Shown here: positions 54,126 to 64,000 of the stretch, in pieces
Position numbering within the stretch: position 1 is the first letter of the stretch
How the letters are laid out: every line of letters begins with the position of its first letter
NCBI RefSeq assembly: GCF_006345805.1
Contig: NC_042998.1
Coordinates: 68,696,001 to 68,760,000, forward strand
Direction of reading: 5' to 3'
Length of the DNA: 64,000 nucleotides
Origin: Octopus sinensis
Lineage: Eukaryota
Position numbers and translations under genes: made by a program
Notes under the pieces: model-generated
Told to the model about the DNA's origin: nothing
Database searches by the model: none
The model's input: only the letters and a program-made list of their open reading frames with translations

Positions 54126-55571
54126 GGCTTGGGAGATTAAGCAGTTGTGGTCGATGAAAAAGGTTTATTCATACAAACGTAACTGAGACGAAATATGTCA
54201 TAAATAACAGTGACAAGCAAAATATACACCGCCGGTAGTTGATGTTGACAAACAACGGTAGTAATTTTATTCAGCTGAATACACGTCATTCATTGGTTGA
54301 AATTACCGAAATACGACAATTTTAACACGAAAAAACTTCGTAAATATAAACTTTTCTCAAAAGTGCTGAGTAAAAGATGCTTTATATGACACATTCTACC
54401 AGTGTCCAAAGTTTGAAAGTGTTTAGTTACAAAAAGTTAATTTCTAAATCTGCCGGTCAAAATGTAAAGATCCTAATTTTCTTATTGCTCATTGCACTTA
54501 CAATATGTGTTTGTGTGTGTGTGAGTGAGTGTGTGTATGTGTGTATTGTAAAGTCCCAGTCAATATAATGTTTACAGTAGATTTGATTCTACTCTCAGCG
54601 TTAAGTTACTCCGCCAGTAAAAGCCTTGTTGGTGTTTTAAAGTAGCTTTAAAATAATATTAATTTAACATGTGTGAGTATATGCAACTATGTGTGTTTTG
54701 TGTGAGTGTTGCGTGTGAGTGTGTGTGTATATGTGTGCGTGTGTGTGTGTATATAAGCGTGTACACATATTTTGCATACATATTTCCGTATCGTTTTTCA
54801 TCAACCCCGGCATGCCACGTCCCCTGGGGACACTTTCTTACTTAAGCCTCAATGAGCACCGAATCATACACAGAATATAACCAGATATGGAGTAGCTTAA
54901 TAAATTGTGTTGCCAGATATGTGCGCATGTGTGTGTGTGTGTGTGCGTTCGCGTGTGTATGCGTGTGTGTGTGTGCATGTATGTGTGTAGCACAGAGGAA
55001 TGTAAAAGTTTTCTTGTTGAAACTCTGCAAACGTGGCAGAATTCTTCATTTTTGTTGAGTTTAGAATTCTCCGTACATTCCAGATTCGTTTATTCCTTTC
55101 AATCATTTGAATGCGACCATGCTGCAGCACTGCCTTTAATGTATATTTTTGTTAGTCTATCTCCATAGTTACTCCAGCATGTTCATCGACATATGATGAA
55201 AAATTACCCAATATCTTTCTTCTTTTTCGAAAAGGCGGTATGAGATCTGAGGGAGATTTGGCTATTATTTCTAGTCTGTAAAACGACCACTTAGCAGCTC
55301 CCTTGTTGTCTGGAAATGGGTTACGTTTGTTTCACTGACATTGCTAAGAGAACATAGTCATCTGTTGTTAATTCGTCTCGGTACAACTTCTGTTATGATG
55401 TAACTATTTGGTTAGGACAGAAGTTCGTACCGCTTTCCAATTGGTGGCGTTTAAACAAGTGATTTGGATTCTCTCGAGACAGAAGTATATAACAAATATT
55501 TTCTGAAAGGAACATTTCGACATGTCTCTTTATATTATTATTGAGAGGATAGTTTATTTCTACCGTTTGTA

Positions 55572-55825
55572 TTGGGCTGGTGCATAATTATTTCGGCTTT
55601 TTTTTCAACAAATTTTATTCAACAAAAACAATAACAACATTTAACAAAAACATCTTTAAATGACGGTCTGAACGTCTACCAAGTAAATGGGAAGCAGTAA
55701 TTAGAGTAGATGGTGAATATACTCCGGAATAATCGTTTAAAGATGTTTTTGTTACATGTTGTTATTGTTTTTGTTGAATTAAATTTGTTAGAAATAAAGG
55801 CCGCTATAATTATGCACCAACCCAA
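55572..55825. mobile_element. Mariner-derived MITE (254 bp, about 90-bp TIRs, TA target duplication)
   Basis: TA|TTGGGCTGGTGCATAATTAT...ATAATTATGCACCAACCCAA|TA. The interior encodes the transposase tail RLPSKWEAVIRVDGEY. Confidence 0.85.
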
Positions 55826-55959
55826 TATGTTAGAAATAAAAATGGCGGAAAATGAGACGTATTTTCGTTATTTCATGCTCTTTTATTTTCGGAAAGGAAA
55901 AACGCTGTACAAATAGCAAAATAAGTATGTGCAGTTTATGGGAATGGTGCGATAGCAGA

Positions 55960-56345
55960 GGCGCAGGAGTGGCTGTGTGGTAAGTAGCTTGCTTACCAAC
56001 CACATGGTTCCGGGTTCAGTCTCACTGTGTGGTACCTTGGGCAAGTGACTTCTACTATAGCTTGTGAGAAGATTTGGTAGACAGAAACTGAAAGAAGCCT
56101 ATCGTATATACATATATATATGTATGTGTGTGTGTGTGTGTGTATTTGTGTGTCTGTGTTTGTACCCGCAACATCGCTTGACAACTGACGCTGGTGCGCT
56201 TACGTCCCCGTAACTTAGCGGTTCGGCGACAGAGACCGATTGAATAAGTACCAGGCTTACAAAGACTAAGTCCTGGGGGGTCGATTTGCTTGACTAAAGG
56301 CGCAGTCAAATGACCGAAACAAGTAAAAGGATAAAGGAACAATAA
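55960..56345 (+). mobile_element. SINE S1 inserted in the mariner
   Basis: Full copy interrupting the transposase N-terminus. Confidence 0.88.
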
Positions 56346-56639
56346 AAGACTAAGAGAATCGCAAGGTTTAGGTGTGGAAACATCTGGAAAATTGAACGTT
56401 TCGGGAGACCTACAGTCGTTGATGATGACCAAATCGAAACGCTAGTCAAAAATAATCCCAATCACACGTCGCGAGACATTGAAAAGATATTCCACATATT
56501 TCATTCGAGCAACTTTATAAGGCTTGGTTATGTGAATCGCTATGAGTATCTCAGAATTTAACGGAAAAGTTTATTAGACCGTATCTGCGATTCTTTGCTC
56601 AAACTCAACAAAAACGATTCATATGAAAAATAAATAAAC

Positions 56640-56801
56640 AGATGAAAAATAAATTATTTACATTATTTACATTTGATGGATATTTGCCCTCATCTTGTTT
56701 GTTGTTAACACAACTTTTCGGCTGATATACCCTCCAGCCCTCATCAGGTGTCTTGGAGAAATTTCGAACCTGGGTACTCATTCCTAAGGTATTTTTTGAT
56801 G

Positions 56802-56805
<4 letters not shown>
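56640..56805 (-). mobile_element. Penelope-like terminal repeat with HHR motif at 56707-56752
   Basis: GACAC-CTGATGA-g-GGCTG-(10 nt)-CAGCC-GAAA-AG-TT-GTGTT; helix III appears mutated in this copy. Confidence 0.6.
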
Positions 56806-56895
<90 letters not shown>

Positions 56896-57195
56896 GAGTG
56901 AGAGAGCAGTGCATGCCATCAAAGTGACACTGGGGTAAAATATACGATGCCCAGTATACCCATCATGACTACCCGTCTGATAAAGGTACACTAGGCACAT
57001 GCATCACAACCATATGTGCGCGACATGGTGATCTCATATCAAGATAAACAGCACATGACCTTGCAGGTGGGGCCCAGTTAGAATTTTGTTCTGGTCAAGT
57101 AGCCCATCCCGCTCAAAAGGTCCCTGAATAAGGGTTGTTTAAGGATGTTGAACGAAACACCCCTGTTTCCAAAGGTGAATTATTCAAACCCCAAT
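56896..57195. repeat. Unclassified insertion between (TTA)n arrays, inside the mariner
   Basis: Interrupts the mariner coding sequence; higher complexity than its microsatellite flanks. Confidence 0.5.
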
Positions 57196-57207
57196 ATTAT
57201 TATTATT

Positions 57208-57284
<77 letters not shown>

Positions 57285-57301
57285 CATCATCATCATCATC
57301 A

Positions 57302-57340
<39 letters not shown>

Positions 57341-57894
57341 TCAATGCCTGGAATTGGACTCAGAGAAAAATGAATTGTTTACAACAATGTGGAGCGAAAG
57401 AGGTCCTGGAGGAAAGGAGATGAACCTCCTTTAACCACTATCCAAAGTCAGTATCCAAAGAAGGCGATACTCACTATGTGGATGAGGGTGAAAGGAATTG
57501 TGCATTACGCGCGTCTTCCGTAAAAACAGATGCTAAATTCAGACATTTGTCTGAATTCAGCGTCCAAGGAGACTGATTAAAGAAGGCAACCAATGAGAAT
57601 TGGCCACTCGGAAGAATGTCGTCTTCCTTCGGGATAATGCTAGATTTCATGTTTCCTTTCAGACCTGGCAGACATTTGTTCTTCTTGGCTGGGATATCCG
57701 AACACATCAACCGTACTCACCTGACCTTGCACCTTCAGGTTACCATTCATTTCGATCCCTACAAAAGTCTCTTAATGAGAAGAACTTCATTTCTTTGGAA
57801 GATTGTAAAAACTATTTAGACCAAGTTTAGGAAAGATTGGATTATGGAGCTGCCTCAAAAATGACGGAAGGTTGCAGAACTAAATGTAACATAC

Positions 57895-58145
57895 ATGGTT
57901 GGGAAATGCAAGCGCAAGACCACCTCCTACGAACAGAACGGGTTTGCAAGGACACAAGAGAAATGCGAACTGCGCAAGTCAAGATCCAACTCCTCGCTTT
58001 TAGTTTCAGCAGACGACCAGTGCTCGACCAGCGGCAGATCCCTCCGAGCAAGCATCGGACTGACTGGTCTCAGCCGGTCACACTGTGACCCGTCTTCTTC
58101 TATGTGATATTCTTGGTCATCGTCCACAACAACAGACGAACTCAT
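57895..58145 (+). mobile_element. RTE LINE 3' end
   Basis: DQCSTSGRSLRASIGL..L..H knuckle remnant and the tail SWSSSTTTDE. Confidence 0.65.
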
Positions 58146-58427
58146 ATTACAAATATCTAAATATTTTTTTAAAATTTTATTTAAGAACCGGGACGAACCT
58201 TTGTTCCGGCTCAGGGTAAATGAATACGACCGGAAGTTTAGTTGGGGGAGTTTTATTGATTATAAAACGATATATATTCATTAACGCCAGAAGGAACTCT
58301 TGTTTTTTAAAGAGATTTAAATGAATTGTTCATACATTTGGAATGTGACGCCAATTAATCCATCTGAAACTGGATGAATTTCCTGAATGGAATCAAAGTT
58401 GTGGAGCGATAGCGTGGGTGAGTGTGG

Positions 58428-58524
58428 AGAAGAAGAAGAAGAAGAAGAAGAAGAAGAAGAAGAAGAAGAAGAAGAAGAAGAAGAAGAAGAAGAAGAAGAA
58501 GAAGAAGAAGAAGAAGAAGAAGAA
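58428..58524. repeat. (GAA)n, about 32 copies
   Basis: Direct inspection. Confidence 0.97.
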
Positions 58525-58589
58525 GGTGTGGTGGGAAGAAAAAGAACAGCAACTTGTTGAAGAGGATAAAATATATGAAAAGCAACAAA

Positions 58590-58620
<31 letters not shown>

Positions 58621-59899
58621 TTGTCCTTTTTGTTCAGTGAAATATTTCTGATTTTTTAAATTCAATACTTCACTTGAAAAGTTGTTAAAAAGTGAAAACA
58701 AAATAAGAAAACTACTAGAAAAAATAATTCGCATTACTTTCTCTCTCTCTCTCTCCCTCTCTCCCTCTCTCTCCCTCTCTATCCCTCTCTATCCCTCTCT
58801 CTCCCTCTCTCTCTTTTTCTTCTTCTTCTTCTCTCTATATATTTACTTATGTATCTATCTATCTCCATCACTCTCTCTTCATCCCTCCGTTAATGTCGTC
58901 TGCTTATACAGTCAATCGTGTACTGTTAATGGTAAGCTTTAAAATCTCGGCTGTAAATATTTCTTAATCTCCATAAAGACGGGAAACGTTTCAATTACTA
59001 TCTCTAGAGATTAAACAGGATTTTTTTTTCTTTTAAACAAAAAAAATTGTATACATATACATGAAGGGTGGTGGAGTGGTGTGGCTGGGATAACGTCGAA
59101 TACTATGGCGATGAAATGACGGTTGGGATAGTGTTGAACAAAATAACGGTGAAATGACAGAGCTGGGAAAGTGTTGGACAAAATGGCCGTAGATAGAGAG
59201 AGGTGGTGGAGTGTGGAATAAAACGACGGTGGATTGACAGAGCTGGGACAGAGTCGGACAAAGTGATAACTGATTGGTAGAATTAACTGGTTGAGCACCA
59301 AACAAAATTATGGTAAACTGGTAGAACAGTTACATTACCGGATAACAATTCGAATCTCGATAAAGTCAACTTTATTTTTAATCCATCTGGAGCGTATATA
59401 AATAACAGCCAATGAAAACCACTGCCACCCTAGATATAAGCAGTGGTAATTTGTCTCTCTTATAAATGAAAGCTTACGTCAACACATATTTCCATTGAGC
59501 TGGTATCCCATTGACATCAGGTGTCTTATTCTTGGTTATGTATAGCAGATCATAGAACAAATTATAATCGGATTAAGAATTCTATAAGTCAGACACTTAA
59601 ATCTTTAATCAACTTTTATTTTTGCTGGTTTTTGTTTTTAATTTCAAAATCGATATAAATATATACATGTGTGTGCATGTGTGACTGTATGTGTGCGTAT
59701 GCGAGTGTATGTATGTGTGTGCGTGTGGAGGCGTAAAGTTGTACATAGTAGAAAGGATGCATGAATAGGCAAACAATTAGTTACAGTTTTGAACATGGCA
59801 TTTATTTATTTAAACATAATTGCAGAACTGTTACAATAAAGCTGTTAGAAAAGAGTGTATCATAGAAATAAGGGAATAAGAAGGAGTGTTTCTAGAATA

Positions 59900-60170
59900 C
59901 ATGCATATACGGCACATTTTCTAGCAGATGAAGATAGGATTTCCATATTGTAGAGGACTATCCATGTCTTCTGAGATGCTGGTGCGGTCAATGGGGAAAG
60001 CTTGGTTTGCAATGTTTGCAGTCGTGTTTGCTTGTCAAAAGCAGAGCTCTTTAGCCATCAACGGAGCCGCAAATGCAAAATATAAGTTAGTCCTAGAGCG
60101 CACAATGTTCCTGAAGGTCAGCAATGGTCTTCCTCGGTCACGAGTGGACGGCCATCGTCTTATATATATA
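59900..60170 (+). mobile_element. RTE-like LINE 3' end with one C2H2 finger
   Basis: LVCNVCSRVCLSKAELFSHQRS, the same pattern as the finger at 2.3 kb. Confidence 0.6.
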
Positions 60171-60350
60171 GTATTAATAAAATTGGAGATGGAATGTGTA
60201 TTAGACTTTTATTAAGCACAACACATGTTTCGATCCGTTGTTTTGCGTCTCTTTTGCGTCGCCATGTTTACCGCTATATGTCCATCAAATGGACACAGCT
60301 GGGGTGGGACAGAGTCGGACAAATGGTGACTGATTGGGAGAATTATATAC

Positions 60351-60472
<122 letters not shown>

Positions 60473-60522
60473 TATATATATATATATATATATCAATATG
60501 TATATATATATATATGTATATA

Positions 60523-60607
<85 letters not shown>

Positions 60608-60719
60608 ATGCTCGAAAGAGGAGTAGATAGACAGCTGACTGATGAAGGGTCTTTCTTTATGTTACTTGTCCTGTTTTCCATTTGTTTCTCTCGTTGTTTG
60701 CGTATCGACCTCATTTGCT

Positions 60720-61130
60720 TTCGTAATAAAGCAAATGAGTGAAATAAAGAGTCTTGCTCAAGAACACAACACACAGCCGGTCCGGGAATTGAATTCACTA
60801 CCTTATGATTGGGAGACCGAGGTCTCACCATTGAGCCATGTGCCTCCTACCCCCACCCCACCCCCATATATATATGAACTGTGCTGCGTGTTGTGTTCTT
60901 GAGCAAGACACTTTATTTCATATTGTTCCAGTTCACACAGCTGTAAAAACGAGTTGTGACGTCACTGGTGCCAAGCTGTATCAGCCTTTGCCTTTCCCTT
61001 GGGTAACATCAGTGGTGTGGAGAGGGGGGAAGGTATGCATGGGCAACTATTGATCTTCCGTAAACAACCTTCTCCAGACTTGCGCCTCGGAGGGTAACTT
61101 TCTAAGTGCAATCCCATGGTCATTCAGGAT
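60720..61130. mobile_element. Divergently oriented SINE S3 pieces (- 60720-60840, + 60880-61130)
   Basis: GTGTTGTGTTCTTGAGCAAGAC occurs on both strands. Confidence 0.7.
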
Positions 61131-61242
61131 GTATCTTTGTATGTATGTATGTATGTATGTATGTATGTATGTATGTATGTATGTATGTATGTATGTATGT
61201 ATGTATGTATGTATGTATGTTTAGCTGTGTGCTGGTGCATGC

Positions 61243-61400
61243 GTGGCTGTGCGCAAGGGTGGCTCTGTGGTAAAAAGCTTGCTTCCCAACCACATGGTTC
61301 CGGGTTCAGTCCCGCTACGTGGCAGCTTGGGCAAATGTTTTCTGCTATAGTCTTTGGCACATCAAAGTCTTTTAATCGGATTTGAGAGATGGAAACTGAA
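61243..61400 (+). mobile_element. SINE S1, 5' half
   Basis: GTGGTAAAAAGCTTGCTTCCCAACCACATGGTTCCGGGTTCAGTCCC. Confidence 0.8.
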
Positions 61401-61450
61401 AAAATCCACGTGTGTGTGTGTGTGTGTGTGTTCTTCTCTCTGTTCCCCAC

Positions 61451-61483
<33 letters not shown>

Positions 61484-61511
61484 TGTATGTATGTATGTAT
61501 GTATGTATATG

Positions 61512-61552
<41 letters not shown>

Positions 61553-61669
61553 CATATACATAGAGAGAGAGTGGGGAGGAGGGAGAAAGAGAGAGAGGGA
61601 GGGATAGAGGGAGAATATACAGGGAGTTTTCATCAATTAATGTAATGTAATAGGAAATATGAGTTCTTT

Positions 61670-62160
61670 GTTTGGTTTACCACTGACAACCTGGCTTGAA
61701 CTGCAACTCAGAAATGTGGTACCGAAATTTTCTAGAAGTAGCGGTTAGCCAGACGATTTTTAAATACCTACCTCACGACTCGCTTGGTTGTACAGATTTT
61801 CGTGGACTTTGGTGATACGTTTCTAGCACTCTGTCTTGCTTTGTGGGGGCTGCCGATGTTCGTGGTCTTCTGGAACACTTCTTGTGGACATTCTGAACAG
61901 TTCCACTGGCTTCAAACTTAACTCTAATTCAAGTGATGGGAAGTCGCGTTGGTGGATCTGTTTGAAACTCCCTCCTAAACTGTCTTTGCACTTCAACTGC
62001 ATTTTTCTCATTTCCAGTAGCATTTTAGAATGAGTTTTCTCTGTTCAAAGCTTAATCTAATTGCCATCATTAATTCCAATGGGTTTCACCTGAAAATAAA
62101 AAGTATTAGTTGATTTATCAGTTGTTAAAGTGTGTATACATTTTTTGGGGTACACCCTGT
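61670..62160 (-). mobile_element. 5' half of a Tc1/mariner-superfamily element (DUF4817-type HTH)
   Basis: Terminus TA|CAGGGTGTACCCC; peptide MAIRLSFEQRKLILKCYWK with frameshifted FQTDPPTR and TVQNVHK downstream. Confidence 0.72.
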
Positions 62161-62199
62161 ATATATATATCCGTTAGGCAGCTGATAGTGGATGCATAT

Positions 62200-62460
62200 G
62201 ATTGATGTGTATGTTGACTGTGAAGTTTTCCTATCTGGCGTTCTCATGATTCTAAGTTATCTTTCATTGAAATTCTAGTTCTTGTAGAGTTAAACTTGTG
62301 TGGGGTTTCTTGATATCTTGGTTTATTGTGGTTTGGTTTTGTTTATATTATGCCATACATTGATATTTCGTGGTTGCCCTTCATAGGAGTTCAAATTCTG
62401 GTAAGGGTTGTACTTGTTTCCGAATTAATAATTTATGAAAGTTTTGCTGAACAGAAATAT
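62200..62460 (-). mobile_element. Degraded Penelope-like RT fragment
   Basis: Weak peptide resemblance only; many stops. Confidence 0.3.
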
Positions 62461-62781
62461 GTATACGTACAAAGGGTGTTGTCTTACTAAGAGCAACATG
62501 TACATGTATGTATGTATATGTATGTAGGCGTGTATGTATGTGTAAGCCTTGTCTTCAACGGCCATAATATAAACCAAACTGTTATAATTTACTTCTAGAT
62601 TCTTGCTTTTTCTTCAAAATATACATTCCTTAACTTTTTACAATTCTATTATTTACTAGTTTCAAATTTTGGCACAAGGTCAGGAAACCAGACGCTCGTA
62701 TACAAGGTCTATTATTTGCAAAGTATTATGTATAATACACACACATACATACACACTAACATATATATTGAATATTTACGT

Positions 62782-62841
<60 letters not shown>

Positions 62842-62874
62842 ATATAATGTACATACATATATACATATATATAT

Positions 62875-62881
62875 TATAATA

Positions 62882-62917
<36 letters not shown>

Positions 62918-62940
62918 TGATAATAATAATAATAATAATA

Positions 62941-62971
<31 letters not shown>

Positions 62972-62985
62972 TATTATTATTATTA

Positions 62986-63033
<48 letters not shown>

Positions 63034-63040
63034 CGTTATT
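62875..63040. repeat. (AAT)n abutting (ATT)n (palindromic microsatellite)
   Basis: The motif switches strand at about 62970. Confidence 0.95.
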
Positions 63041-63367
63041 AATATATATACATATATATATCCGTTTTGCTATTTTGTTGACACATTTTTAACAAATATT
63101 TTTCACATTTGCTTATGTTAAAATTCCTTTTTTTTTAATATATATTTATGCTTATATTTTACATCATGGTTATGTACGAGAGTTCATGTATATGTATGTA
63201 TGTATGTATGTATACATATTTATATATGTATACTTACATTTGTATATCATTATGCAATTTAAGAAACAATATAAGCGGTTCCTTTTTTTTCCATCACAGT
63301 TTTCCCCCCATCGCCTCCCCGCATTGTCATCGCCCTTCACTATCCCTCGGCAGATGACTCCCTTTCA

Positions 63368-63772
63368 AAGGCGGCGAGCTGGCAGAAACGTTAGCACGCC
63401 GGACGAAATGCTTAGCGGTATTTCGTCTGTCGCTACGTTCTAAGTTCAAATTCCGCCGGGGCCAACTTTGCCTTTTATCCTTTCGGGGTCGATTAAATAA
63501 GTACCAGTTACGCACTGTAGTCGATATAATCGACTTAATCCGTTTGTCTGTCCTTGTTTATCCCCTCTGTGTGTAGCCCCTTGTGGGCAGTAAAGAAATA
63601 GGTATTTCGTCTGCCTTAACGTTCCGAGTTCAAATTCAGCCGTGGTCGACTTTGCCTTTCATCCTTTCGAGGTCGATAAATTAAGTAGCAGTTGCATACT
63701 GAGGTCAATCTAATCGATTGCCCTCCCCTTCCCACAAAAAATTTCGGGCCTTGTGCCAAGAATAGAAAAGAG
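63368..63772 (+). mobile_element. SINE S2, two-unit copy
   Basis: Same organisation as 45505-45885. Confidence 0.9.
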
Positions 63773-63884
63773 GACACCCTTTTAGTCCTTTGTTTTACCC
63801 CGTTCCTTCTTGACTTACTTCTCCTTCAAGTTCCTCTAATCGTTTAGCTCCCCTCCTCCTCCTCCTCCTTTTCCTCCATCTCCT

Positions 63885-64000
63885 CTTCTCTACTACTACT
63901 ACTACTACTATTACTACTACGACTATTACTACTACGAATATTACTACTACTACTACTACCCCTACTAATACTTTAACTGCTGCTGCTGCTACTACTACTA
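63885..64000. repeat. (CTA)n tract running to the window end
   Basis: Direct inspection. Confidence 0.9.

Larger units (their letters stand above)
55828..57895 (+). mobile_element. Mariner transposase relic split by nested insertions
   Basis: MAENETYFRYFMLFYFRKGK; GRPTVVDDDQIETLVKNNP; VVFLRDNARFH; HQPYSPDLAPSGYHSFRSLQ. Confidence 0.88.

Noticed and set aside
59490-59550. Possible 56-nt - strand exon (NKTPDVNGIPAQWKYVL) with a GTAAGC donor
   Set aside because: The acceptor lacks a polypyrimidine tract and no neighbouring exons were found.

Overview
AT-rich, microsatellite-dense animal genomic DNA. The SINE, LINE and mariner families look like those of an octopus (coleoid cephalopod); this is pattern recognition, not a database result. 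About 25 kb (10.4-35.1 kb) holds one + strand multi-exon gene that the ORF track does not show as a unit. Four exons (10461-10816, 14864-15042, 27445-27835, 34860-35086) have canonical AG/GT sites and matching phases (2|1|0|1|stop). They splice to about 383 aa: hydrophobic leader, heptad coiled coil, one TM helix, Ser/Pro linker and an alpha/beta domain with TIR/SEFIR-like topology. The start exon is not identified. Almost everything else is transposon debris: three tRNA-type SINE families; R4/Dong-type RLE LINE 3' ends sitting in (CATA)n or (AAT)n arrays; RTE, CR1-like and Tx1/L1 fragments; Penelope-like (PLE) fragments with hammerhead ribozyme (HHR) motifs; several Tc1/mariner relics and one MITE. 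The most unusual structure is a non-coding 500-bp HHR-bearing unit at 42447-43631, present as circularly permuted tandem copies in inverted orientation (retrozyme-like). No rRNA, true tRNA gene or CRISPR array was seen. Repeat boundaries are approximate (about +/-20-30 nt); exon and ribozyme coordinates were counted base by base.
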